The position numbers and the translations under genes were made by a program. DNA of 57,561 nt from an uncultured Muribaculaceae bacterium (GTDB lineage: Bacteria > Bacillota_I > Bacilli_A > RF39 > UBA660), in assembly GCA_964407685.1 (NCBI GenBank), contig CAYOWI010000004.1:1-57561 (forward strand), given 5' to 3'. Below the pieces are notes generated by a model. That model saw only the letters and a list, made by a program, of their open reading frames with translations, had not been told where the DNA came from and searched no databases. Below are positions 29,242 through 38,508 of the stretch, piece by piece (the stretch's first letter is position 1; each line of letters starts with the position of its first letter).

Positions 29242-31007
29242 TAAACATAAAAGAAAATGAAAAATTAAATATTTTAAATCATTCTTGTGCACACCTTTTA
29301 GCACAAGCGGTAAAGCATTTATTTCCAAATGCTAAGTTTTGGGTAGGACCAGTAATAGAAGAAGGATTCTATTATGATATAGACTTAGGAGATAAAACAT
29401 TAACAGAAGAAGATTTATTAAAAATAGAAAAAGAAATGAAAAAGTGTGCTAAGTCTGATAAGAGAATTTATAGAGAAGAACTCTCTAAGGAAGAAGCCCT
29501 TGAAAGATTTTCTGATGATCCTTATAAGATTGATTTAATTAGTAGAATGGATGAGGCTGATACTGTTATTTCTTGCTATACACAAGGAGATTTTACTGAC
29601 CTTTGTAGAGGACCTCACGTAGAGACTACTAAGATGATGAAATACTTTAAGTTAATTAAATTTTCTGGAGCATATTGGAAGGGTGATTCTAAAAACAAGA
29701 TGCTTCAAAGAATATATGGAGTATGCTTTGAAAGTGAAGAAGACTTGAATAATTATCTAGCAGAACTTGAAGACCGAAAGGCAAGAGATCATAGAAAAAT
29801 AGGTAAAGAACAAGAACTATTCATGAGCCATGAATTAGTTGGTGCTGGTATGCCTATATGGCTTCCGAATGGAGCGGTAATACGTAAACAATTAGAAAAT
29901 TACATATATGAAAAAGAAAGAAATTTAGGCTATGAACATGTTTACTCACCGTGCGTTGGAACAGTTGATTTATATAAAACCTCAGGTCACTGGGATCATT
30001 ATAAAGAAAATATGTTTCCATCAATGAAAGTTGATGATGAGGAGTTTGTTTTAAGACCTATGAATTGTCCACATCATATGTTAGTATTTAAAAACAAACT
30101 ACATTCATATAGAGATTTGCCAATTAGAATAGGCGAGTTTGCAACTGACTTTAGATATGAAGCATCAGGCGCTGTTAAAGGTTTAGAACGTGTTAGATGT
30201 ATGTGTCAAAATGATGCTCACCTTTTTGTAACTCCAGAGCAAATTGGTGATGAATTTAAAAAAGTTGTAAGCCTAATTCTTGATGTTTATAAAGATTTTG
30301 GTATTAAAGAATACAAGTTTAGATTATCACTTAGAGATCCAGAAGACAAAGAAAAATACTTTGATGATGATAAGATGTGGAATGAAGCAGAAAGTAAGTT
30401 AAGAGAGGTTTTAAATGACCTTGGTGTAGATTATTTTGAAGCTATTGGTGAAGCAGCGTTTTACGGACCTAAGTTAGACGTTGAAGTAAAACCAGCGGTT
30501 GGACCAGAAGTTACTTTATCAACTTGCCAATTAGACTTCTTACTTCCAAGACGTTTTGATTTATCATACATTGATAATAAAGGCGAAAAGAGGGTTCCAG
30601 TAGTACTTCATAGAGCAATTTTTGGAACGTTTGATAGATTTACTGCATTCTTAATAGAAGAAACTAAAGGAGCATTCCCAACTTGGCTTGCACCAGTTCA
30701 AGTAAGTGTTATACCAGTTAATAATAACTATCATTTAGAATATGCTCTTGATGTATATAACTTATTAAAGGAAAATGGTATTAGAGCTGAATTAGATGAC
30801 AGAGAAGAAAAGCTTGGATATAAGATGAGGGAGTCTGTAGTCAAGAAAATCCCTATAACTTTAGTATTAGGAGATAAAGAAAAAGATGGAAACCTAGTAA
30901 GTTATAGAAGACATGGGTCAGATAAAACTTATTCAGTAGAAAAAAATATGTTTATCGAATTATTACTTAATGAGATTAAAGATAAAAGAAGAAAAGAAAT
31001 AAATTAA
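29238..31007 (+). CDS. thrS: threonine--tRNA ligase lacking the N-terminal TGS domain
   Basis: Starts just before the editing-domain HxxxH motif ([10 protein letters not shown]). Class II motifs RPMNCPHH and [11 protein letters not shown], plus an anticodon-binding C-terminus. 589 aa. Confidence 0.9.
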   Translation: MINIKENEKLNILNHSCAHLLAQAVKHLFPNAKFWVGPVIEEGFYYDIDLGDKTLTEEDLLKIEKEMKKCAKSDKRIYREELSKEEALERFSDDPYKIDLISRMDEADTVISCYTQGDFTDLCRGPHVETTKMMKYFKLIKFSGAYWKGDSKNKMLQRIYGVCFESEEDLNNYLAELEDRKARDHRKIGKEQELFMSHELVGAGMPIWLPNGAVIRKQLENYIYEKERNLGYEHVYSPCVGTVDLYKTSGHWDHYKENMFPSMKVDDEEFVLRPMNCPHHMLVFKNKLHSYRDLPIRIGEFATDFRYEASGAVKGLERVRCMCQNDAHLFVTPEQIGDEFKKVVSLILDVYKDFGIKEYKFRLSLRDPEDKEKYFDDDKMWNEAESKLREVLNDLGVDYFEAIGEAAFYGPKLDVEVKPAVGPEVTLSTCQLDFLLPRRFDLSYIDNKGEKRVPVVLHRAIFGTFDRFTAFLIEETKGAFPTWLAPVQVSVIPVNNNYHLEYALDVYNLLKENGIRAELDDREEKLGYKMRESVVKKIPITLVLGDKEKDGNLVSYRRHGSDKTYSVEKNMFIELLLNEIKDKRRKEIN

Positions 31008-31030
31008 TTTCCTTTTTGTTAATAAAAAAA

Positions 31031-31660
31031 TCACCTGTAAAGTAAGGTGATTTTTCTTCCTTTGGATTTAATAAAGCCTTCTTCTTTTAAGTATTTTAAT
31101 TCTCTTGACATAGCGGATCTATCAACTGCTAGATAATCGGCTAAGTCAGTTAAACTAAATGGCAAATAAATGTTATTCGTTCCATGCTTTTTTCTATATA
31201 TATTAAAATATTCAAGTAGTTTATCTCTTATTGTTTTTTTTGTTAATATTTCTATTCTATCATTTTTTTCATCAATTACTTTTGTTGTAATTTCTAGCAA
31301 ATTTTTTATAAATTGATTGTAATACGGAAAGTTTATATTCTCAAAAGAGATTATTGCGTCGTAATCTATTATTAGTGCCTTGGTATCCTCTTTGGCTATT
31401 ATTTGGCATTCGTCGCTTGTTAATGAAGATATTGCTGTACCGAATGCAAATCCTTCTTCCAATTCTTCTATAATAGTTCTATTTCCATTGTAATCAGTTC
31501 TTATTATTTGTGCGGTACCTTCAAGTATTATACCAATTATGCTTTCGTTTATACCAGATAACATAACCGTGTTTTTTTTGTAGTTTAAGATGCTAGCTTC
31601 CAATAATTTTAATAATTTATTTTGCTGGTTTACACTAATATTATTAAATAATTTGTACAT
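31031..31660 (-). CDS. Crp/Fnr-family transcriptional regulator
   Basis: N-terminal cNMP-binding-like beta-roll. C-terminal HTH LTDLADYLAVDRSAMSRELKYLKEEGFI. Divergent from the nrdD cluster. Confidence 0.8.
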   Translation of the reverse strand: MYKLFNNISVNQQNKLLKLLEASILNYKKNTVMLSGINESIIGIILEGTAQIIRTDYNGNRTIIEELEEGFAFGTAISSLTSDECQIIAKEDTKALIIDYDAIISFENINFPYYNQFIKNLLEITTKVIDEKNDRIEILTKKTIRDKLLEYFNIYRKKHGTNNIYLPFSLTDLADYLAVDRSAMSRELKYLKEEGFIKSKGRKITLLYR

Positions 31661-31700
31661 TTTACACCTCTTACTTAAAATAATATCATTTTTTTAAAAA

Positions 31701-31716
31701 TGTTGCAATTGCAACA
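31701..31716. promoter_or_regulatory. perfect 16-bp palindrome TGTTGCAATTGCAACA (candidate operator)
   Basis: Self-complementary over all 16 nt. Lies in the divergent intergenic region between the Crp/Fnr gene and the first nrdD-like gene. Confidence 0.4.
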
Positions 31717-31773
31717 GTGTTATGCTGTATAAATGTGATATATTCTTTTTGTAACATAGCAAGAGGAGTTAGT

Positions 31774-33885
31774 ATGAAAGTAGTTAAAAGGGATGGACAC
31801 ATAGTAGATTATTGCCCAGAAAAAATCGAAATTGCAATTAAAGCGGCTAATAATGAGGTTCAAGAAGAAGATAAAGTATCTGATATTCAAATAAAAAACA
31901 TTATTAAGTATATAGAGAGTTTAAAGAAAAAAAGAATGCTTGTTGAAGATATCCAAGATATTATTGAAGTAAGACTTATGGCACTTAATAAGTATGCTTT
32001 GGCAAAAGCTTATATTACGTATAGATACACAAGAGAACTAGTTAGAAGAAGTAATACAACAGATTTGTCTATTAAAGAATTGATTGCTGGTGAAAATGAA
32101 TATTGTAGTACTGAAAATTCTAACAAAAATACTAAGGTTATTACTACCCAAAGAGATTATATTGCAAGTATTACATCAAACGATATTGCTAGAAGATTTT
32201 TGCTTCCTGAAGATATTGTAAAAGCACACGATGAAGGTTTAATTCATTTTCACGGTATGAATTATTTTGCTCAAAATGCACTTCATAATTGTGATTTAAT
32301 AAACCTAGATGACATGCTTCAAAATGGTACAAATATAAATGGTATTATGATTGAAAGGCCACATAGATTTTTGACCGCAATGACCATTGCAACCCAATTA
32401 ATTGCGGCAGTTAATTCTAGCCAATATGGAGGGACGACAATAACACTTACTCATTTAGCTCCGTTTGTTAGAGAAAGTTATAATTGTTTCTTAGACAAAT
32501 ATAAGAAAAGAAAGTTTACTAAAGAGAAATGTGAAAAATACGCAAAAGAAGATTTGAAAAAAGAGGTTGCTGATGGAGTTCAAACCTTTCAATATCAAAT
32601 AAATTCTATGACTACAACAAATGGTCAAGTTCCGTTCTTATCGGTTTTTCTATACCTAGGTGAAACTGATGAGTATAAAGAAGAACTTGCTATGATAATT
32701 GAGGAGGTACTAAAACAACGTATAAAGGGAATGAAAAATGAAAGTGGAAGTTTTATAACTCCTACGTTTCCAAAACTTTTATACGTGCTTGAAGAAGATA
32801 ACATTCATAAAGATGGTAAATATTATTATTTAACTGAAATTGCTGCAAAATGTACTAAAAAAAGAATGACACCTGATTACATATCAGAAAAAGTTATGAA
32901 AGAAATTAGTAAAGACGAAAATGGCGTTGGACAGTGTTATCCTTGCATGGGAAGAAGATCATTTCTTACGCCGGATAGAACACTTAATTTTGGAAACCTT
33001 GCTAAAGCAAAAAATTACATTCCTGGAAAAGGAAAATATTATGGCAGGTTTAATCAAGGGGTTGTAACAATAAATTTAGTGGACATAGCGTTATCTTCAG
33101 ACAAGGACATGGATTTGTTTTGGAGCATAATGCGTGAAAGGTTAGAATTGTGCCACAGAGCGCTTCAAATTAGACATAAAAGATTATCTAAAGTAACTAG
33201 TGATGTTGCGCCTATACTGTGGCAGCATGGTGCACTTGCAAGACTAGAAAAGAAAGAAAGCATTCATGATTTATTACACCATGGGTATTCGACTATATCA
33301 CTTGGCTATGCTGGTCTTTATGAGTGCGTTAAATTCATGACGGGATATTCACATATTGATGATGGTGATGGTAAAGATTTCGCCGTTAGGATAATGAAGG
33401 AGCTAAACGATAATTGTAAAGAGTGGAAAGAAAAAGAAGACATAGATTATTGTGTTTATGCTACTCCAGGAGAATCAATAACTTATAAATTTGCTAAATG
33501 TTTGAGAGAGAAATTTGGCAGGATTAAAGGTATTACGGATTCAATTAACATAACTAATTCATATCACGTGCCAGATTTCGAAGATCTTAACTGGATAAGT
33601 AGATTAAAATTTGAAAGTGAATTTCAGTCTTTATCTAAGGGTGGTGCAATAAGTTATATAAACATAAATAGCATAGATAACATAATGGAAGTAATCCAAT
33701 TTTTATATGATAACATTTTATATGCTGAGTTAAGTACAAAATCTTATAAGTGTCAAAATTGTGGCTATGAAACAGAAACTTTAATGGATGAAATCTCAGA
33801 GTGCTGCTGTCCGGAATGTGGATTTCAAGGTAGTATGCAAAAAATAAAAAAAAGTATGGATAATACCAAGCAAGAAAATCTTTGA
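31774..33885 (+). CDS. NrdD-like anaerobic ribonucleotide reductase paralogue lacking the glycyl-radical motif
   Basis: ATP-cone N-terminus (VVKRDGHIVDYCPEKIEIAI). NrdD-like core, including GRFNQGVVTINL. C-terminal Zn ribbon CQNCG...CPECG. The protein ends ...SMQKIKKSMDNTKQENL* without an RxxGY motif. Confidence 0.8.
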   Translation: MKVVKRDGHIVDYCPEKIEIAIKAANNEVQEEDKVSDIQIKNIIKYIESLKKKRMLVEDIQDIIEVRLMALNKYALAKAYITYRYTRELVRRSNTTDLSIKELIAGENEYCSTENSNKNTKVITTQRDYIASITSNDIARRFLLPEDIVKAHDEGLIHFHGMNYFAQNALHNCDLINLDDMLQNGTNINGIMIERPHRFLTAMTIATQLIAAVNSSQYGGTTITLTHLAPFVRESYNCFLDKYKKRKFTKEKCEKYAKEDLKKEVADGVQTFQYQINSMTTTNGQVPFLSVFLYLGETDEYKEELAMIIEEVLKQRIKGMKNESGSFITPTFPKLLYVLEEDNIHKDGKYYYLTEIAAKCTKKRMTPDYISEKVMKEISKDENGVGQCYPCMGRRSFLTPDRTLNFGNLAKAKNYIPGKGKYYGRFNQGVVTINLVDIALSSDKDMDLFWSIMRERLELCHRALQIRHKRLSKVTSDVAPILWQHGALARLEKKESIHDLLHHGYSTISLGYAGLYECVKFMTGYSHIDDGDGKDFAVRIMKELNDNCKEWKEKEDIDYCVYATPGESITYKFAKCLREKFGRIKGITDSINITNSYHVPDFEDLNWISRLKFESEFQSLSKGGAISYININSIDNIMEVIQFLYDNILYAELSTKSYKCQNCGYETETLMDEISECCCPECGFQGSMQKIKKSMDNTKQENL

Positions 33886-33896
33886 TGGAGGGTGAA

Positions 33897-34610
33897 ATGG
33901 TAAGTAGTAAAAATTTTAAGATAGGTGGATTTCAAAAATTATCATTACTTGATTATCCAGGAAAAATGTGTGCAATTATATTTACTGATGGTTGTAATTT
34001 AAGATGTCCATATTGCCATAATTATGAACTAGTTGAAAGCGAAAAAGAAAATGATTTGATTGAACCAGGAGAAATAATTAAATATCTTATAAAAAGAAAA
34101 AATGTATTAGATGGGTTGACCATTAGTGGTGGGGAGCCTACCATGCAAATTGGCTTAGAAGAGTTTATTGAGGAAGTAAAAGAAAAAACGGGTTTATCAA
34201 TAAAGCTTGATACTAATGGAATAAATACGCAAAAACTAAAAAAACTGGTAGATAAAAAATTGGTAGATTACGTGGCGATGGATATAAAATGTGATTTAGA
34301 TGGATATAAAAACGTAAGCGGAATTTCTAATCTAGATTTAGAAAAAATAAAGGAATCTATAAAAATATTAAAAGAAAACAAAGTGAATTATGAATTTAGA
34401 ACTACCATAATAAAAAATTATCATAACGTAGATAAAATAAAAAATATATTAAAAATGATTGGTTATGATTCTCATTATTATTTACAAAAATTTATTGTAA
34501 GTGATAATGTTCCAAATAAAAGTCTATTATCTTTTGATAATGAAGAGCTAAAAAAAATGTATAGCGAAATAAAAAAGGATTATCCTAATGTAAAAATTAG
34601 AGGTATATAA
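33897..34610 (+). CDS. nrdG: anaerobic ribonucleotide reductase activating protein (radical SAM)
   Basis: SLLDYPGKMCAIIFTDGCNLRCPYCHN contains the CxxxCxxC cluster. ATG at 33897 follows GGAGGGTGA. Confidence 0.85.
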   Translation: MVSSKNFKIGGFQKLSLLDYPGKMCAIIFTDGCNLRCPYCHNYELVESEKENDLIEPGEIIKYLIKRKNVLDGLTISGGEPTMQIGLEEFIEEVKEKTGLSIKLDTNGINTQKLKKLVDKKLVDYVAMDIKCDLDGYKNVSGISNLDLEKIKESIKILKENKVNYEFRTTIIKNYHNVDKIKNILKMIGYDSHYYLQKFIVSDNVPNKSLLSFDNEELKKMYSEIKKDYPNVKIRGI

Positions 34611-34631
34611 AAGTTGAAGGAGGAAAATAAA

Positions 34632-37013
34632 ATGTACAACGTAAAAAAAAGAGATGGAAAAATAGTAAAATTTGAATTAGGAAAGATAAAAAACGCTTTA
34701 AAAAAAGCTATAGAATCTTCTGATACCCCAATAGAAGATGACGTAATTGATTTTATGTCGTTAAAAGTTACCGCGGATTTTTCTGCTAAGATAGAAAATA
34801 ACGTAATATGCGTTGAAGATATCCAAGACAGTTGTGAAAACGTTCTTGGAAAATCTGGTTACCAAGAAGCTGCAAAAGCATTTATCTTATATAGAAAAAT
34901 TCATGAAAATCAAAGGAACATAACAAATACTATGCTAGACTACAAAAAATTAGTAAATAGTTATTTAAAGGTTGCAGATTGGAGAGTAAAAGAAAATTCA
35001 ACGGTAACTTACTCAATAGGAGGACTTATTTTAAGTAACTCTGGGGCTATTACTGCGAACTATTGGTTAAATGAAATTTATGATAAAGAAATTGCAGACG
35101 CACACAAAAATGCTGATATACACATACATGATTTATCAATGCTTTCAGGATATTGTGCAGGATGGAGTTTAAAACAATTAATTAAAGAAGGATTAGGAGG
35201 CGTTCCTGGGAAGATAACATCATCTCCAGCAAGACATCTATCTACTTTATGTAACCAAATGGTAAATTTCTTAGGGATAATGCAAAACGAATGGGCTGGT
35301 GCACAAGCATTTTCTTCATTTGATACTTATCTTGCACCATTTGTAAAAGTTGATAATTTATCATTTAAACAAGTAAAACAATGCATCCAATCATTTGTTT
35401 ATGGCGTAAACACACCTTCTAGATGGGGAACCCAAGCTCCGTTTACAAATATAACTTTAGACTGGACTGTACCAAATGACTTGGCAAACTTAAATGCTAT
35501 CATTGGTGGAGAAGAAATGGACTTTAAGTATAAAGATTGTAAAAAAGAAATGGATATGATAAACAAAGCGTTTATTGAAATTATGATTGAAGGGGACGCA
35601 AATGGTAGGGGGTTCCAATATCCAATTCCTACATATTCAATAACTAAGGATTTCGATTGGTCTGAAACTGAAAATAATAAACTTTTATTTGAAATGACCG
35701 CAAAATATGGAACACCATATTTCTCAAACTACATTAATTCTGATATGGAGCCAAGCGATGTTCGATCTATGTGTTGTAGATTAAGATTAGATTTAAGAGA
35801 ATTAAGAAAGAAATCAGGAGGTTTCTTTGGAAGTGGGGAATCAACTGGTTCAGTTGGTGTCGTTACAATTAACTTACCTAGAATAGCATATGTTGCAAAA
35901 GATGAAAAAGACTTTTATGTTAGATTAGAAAAAATGATGAATATAGCAGCTAAAAGTTTAAAAGTAAAAAGAGACGTAATCACAAAGTTACTAAATTCAG
36001 GTCTTTACCCATATACAAAGAGATATTTAGGAACTTTTAATAATCATTTTTCAACCATTGGTTTAGTTGGAATGAACGAAGTAGGATTAAATGCTAAATG
36101 GTTAAAGAAAGATTTAACAAATAGTAAAACTCAAAAATTTGCTCAGGATGTTTTAAACTTCATGAGAAATAAATTATCTGATTACCAAGAAGAATATGGG
36201 GATTTATACAACCTAGAAGCAACTCCAGCAGAATCAACTTCTTATAGGCTTGCTAAACATGATAGGGAATTATATCCAGAAATAATAACTGCTACTGAAG
36301 GAGAAAAAACACCTTACTATACAAACTCATCACACTTACCAGTAGGATATACACAAGATGTATTTGAGGCGTTAGATGTTCAAGATAAACTTCAGACCTT
36401 ATATACTTCTGGAACGGTATTTCATACTTTCTTAGGTGAAAGATTAGAAGATTGGAGTGCTACTGCAAAATTAGTTAGAACCATTGCAGAAAATTATAAA
36501 TTACCATATTACACTATTTCACCAACATATTCGGTTTGCAGTGAACATGGATATATTGTTGGCGAAGTATATAAATGCCCAGAATGTGGCGAGGAAACAG
36601 AAGTATATAGCCGTATAACAGGATATTATAGACCAGTTAAAAACTGGAATGATGGTAAAGCACAAGAGTTTAAAGATAGAAAAATATATAAAGTTGATTG
36701 CGACAAAAAAACTAAAAAGATAGCAAAAACTAAGTGTTGTAAAGAATCAGAAAAAGAAACTAGTTGTGCTGAAAACCAGACCGGTAATAAAATAATGTTA
36801 TTTGAAAGAAAAACTTGCCCAAATTGTAAAATGGCAGATAAACTTCTTACAAGCAAAGGAGTAAATTTTATAAAAATTGATGCTGAAGAAAACGCAGATT
36901 TAACAAAACAATATGGAATAAAAACCGCTCCAACACTTGTTATAGAATCAAATGGTGAGCAAAAGATAATTGTAAATTTATCAAATATAAAAGGTGAAAT
37001 AGAAAAACTATAA
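34632..37013 (+). CDS. nrdD: anaerobic ribonucleoside-triphosphate reductase NrdD fused to a C-terminal glutaredoxin/NrdH-like domain
   Basis: ATP-cone (VKKRDGKIVKFELGKI). Finger loop RSMCCRLRL. Zn ribbon CPECG. Glycyl-radical motif SRITGYYRP. A Cys-rich linker is followed by a 73-aa thioredoxin-fold tail with CPNC (36792-37010). Confidence 0.85.
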   Translation: MYNVKKRDGKIVKFELGKIKNALKKAIESSDTPIEDDVIDFMSLKVTADFSAKIENNVICVEDIQDSCENVLGKSGYQEAAKAFILYRKIHENQRNITNTMLDYKKLVNSYLKVADWRVKENSTVTYSIGGLILSNSGAITANYWLNEIYDKEIADAHKNADIHIHDLSMLSGYCAGWSLKQLIKEGLGGVPGKITSSPARHLSTLCNQMVNFLGIMQNEWAGAQAFSSFDTYLAPFVKVDNLSFKQVKQCIQSFVYGVNTPSRWGTQAPFTNITLDWTVPNDLANLNAIIGGEEMDFKYKDCKKEMDMINKAFIEIMIEGDANGRGFQYPIPTYSITKDFDWSETENNKLLFEMTAKYGTPYFSNYINSDMEPSDVRSMCCRLRLDLRELRKKSGGFFGSGESTGSVGVVTINLPRIAYVAKDEKDFYVRLEKMMNIAAKSLKVKRDVITKLLNSGLYPYTKRYLGTFNNHFSTIGLVGMNEVGLNAKWLKKDLTNSKTQKFAQDVLNFMRNKLSDYQEEYGDLYNLEATPAESTSYRLAKHDRELYPEIITATEGEKTPYYTNSSHLPVGYTQDVFEALDVQDKLQTLYTSGTVFHTFLGERLEDWSATAKLVRTIAENYKLPYYTISPTYSVCSEHGYIVGEVYKCPECGEETEVYSRITGYYRPVKNWNDGKAQEFKDRKIYKVDCDKKTKKIAKTKCCKESEKETSCAENQTGNKIMLFERKTCPNCKMADKLLTSKGVNFIKIDAEENADLTKQYGIKTAPTLVIESNGEQKIIVNLSNIKGEIEKL

Positions 37014-37030
37014 ATTTAAGGGAGAATAAA

Positions 37031-37960
37031 ATGGCTGAAAATAATAATTCAACTTATGATGTAATCATTATCGGAGCAGGGCCTGCGGGCCTTACTTCCG
37101 CCATATACTTATTAAGAGCTAATAAAAAGGTTTTAATTCTTGAAAAAGAGGCAATAGGTGGTGGAATTACTTCAACGCCGCTTATTGAAAATTATCCTGG
37201 ATTTATAAATATATCGGGTCAGCAGTTAGCAAGCAATTTGTTTGAACAAGTTACAAACCTTGATGGTGAATTAGAAGTATATGAAGTTAGCTCTATAGAA
37301 AAAACTTCAGATAATTTAATAAAGATAATAACTGATGGACCAACGTATTTGTCAAAATCGGTTATTATTGCAACAGGTACTAAATACAGAACTTTAAATC
37401 TTCCAAATGAAGAAAATTTAATTGGTCATGGAATAAGTTTTTGTGTTACTTGCGATGGTGCATTTTATAGGGGACAGGTTGTTGCAGTTATTGGTGGAGG
37501 CAATAGCGCCATAACAAATGCTTTAGAGTTGTCAGACATTTGTAAACAGGTAATTATTATTCAAAATCTTCCGAACTTAACCGCAGAAAATACTTTGTTA
37601 GATAGGCTAAATGAAAAAAATAACGTTAGGGTTATTTGTAATGCTAAGGTTACGGAGTTAATTGGTGAAAAAGAATTAGAAAAAATAAAAATAATTAATG
37701 ATAAAAATGAAGAAACAATTAAAGTAGATGGCATGTTTGTTTCCGTAGGACGTTTACCGGAAACTGATTTTGTAAGCGGAATCATTAATCTTAATCAAGA
37801 TAATTTCATCAATTCGGATGATAACTGTAATACAAACATTGAAGGTATTTTTGTTGCAGGAGATGTAAGAAATAAAGCTTATAGGCAAATAACAACTTCA
37901 ACATCTGATGGTACAGTAGCAGCTTTAGAAGTTATTAAATACCTAAGTAATAATGAATAG
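37031..37960 (+). CDS. trxB: thioredoxin-reductase-like flavoprotein disulfide reductase
   Basis: FAD motif IIIGAGPAGLT. Redox CxxC in FCVTCDGAFY. GGGNSA motif. C-terminal FVAGDV. The HRRxxxR NADPH motif position reads IIQNLPNLTAE. Confidence 0.8.
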   Translation: MAENNNSTYDVIIIGAGPAGLTSAIYLLRANKKVLILEKEAIGGGITSTPLIENYPGFINISGQQLASNLFEQVTNLDGELEVYEVSSIEKTSDNLIKIITDGPTYLSKSVIIATGTKYRTLNLPNEENLIGHGISFCVTCDGAFYRGQVVAVIGGGNSAITNALELSDICKQVIIIQNLPNLTAENTLLDRLNEKNNVRVICNAKVTELIGEKELEKIKIINDKNEETIKVDGMFVSVGRLPETDFVSGIINLNQDNFINSDDNCNTNIEGIFVAGDVRNKAYRQITTSTSDGTVAALEVIKYLSNNE

Positions 37961-37976
37961 TAAAAAGGAAAATTAT

Positions 37977-38426
37977 ATGATAATAGAAAAAGTTAAAATA
38001 AAAAAATTAGATAAAAATGCAAAAATACCAACATATGGTACAAATTTTGCTGCTGGAGCTGATCTTTATGCTTGCTCTAGTGAGGCTATATCATTTGAAC
38101 CGGGTGAAACAAAGTTAATTAAAACAGGTATTTCACTTGAAATACCTGAAGGGTATGCAGGACTTATTTATGCAAGAAGTGGTCTTGCTACTAAAAGAGG
38201 GTTAGCGCCAGCAAACAAAGTTGGAGTTATTGACTCTGATTATAGAGGAGAAGTTATGGTATCACTTCATAATCATACTAATGAAGTTAGAAAAATAGAA
38301 AGCTATGAAAGAATAGCACAACTTGTTATTACACCATATTTAAAAGCCGATTTTGAGGAAGTAGAAGAGTTAGATGATAATACTGAAAGAGGAACTTCGG
38401 GATTTGGATCTACTGGTACTAAGTAA
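37977..38426 (+). CDS. dut: dUTP diphosphatase
   Basis: dUTPase motifs AAGADLYA, ARSGLA, GVIDSDYRGEV and C-terminal RGTSGFGSTG. Confidence 0.85.
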   Translation: MIIEKVKIKKLDKNAKIPTYGTNFAAGADLYACSSEAISFEPGETKLIKTGISLEIPEGYAGLIYARSGLATKRGLAPANKVGVIDSDYRGEVMVSLHNHTNEVRKIESYERIAQLVITPYLKADFEEVEELDDNTERGTSGFGSTGTK

Positions 38427-38449
38427 AGAAACGTAAAAGTTTCTTTTTT
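38426..38449 (+). terminator. rho-independent terminator after dut
   Basis: AAGAAAC / GTTTCTT stem followed by a T-run. Confidence 0.6.
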
Positions 38450-38508
38450 CTTTTGTATAAAATTGACTAAAAAAAATCATAATGATATTATGATAATAGG
38501 TGATAGAT

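Noticed and set aside
31717-31773. N-terminal extension of the first nrdD-like ORF (track start 31717).
   Set aside because: It overlaps the promoter and palindrome region. The ATG at 31774 follows AGAGGAG and begins exactly at the ATP-cone (MKVVKRDG).
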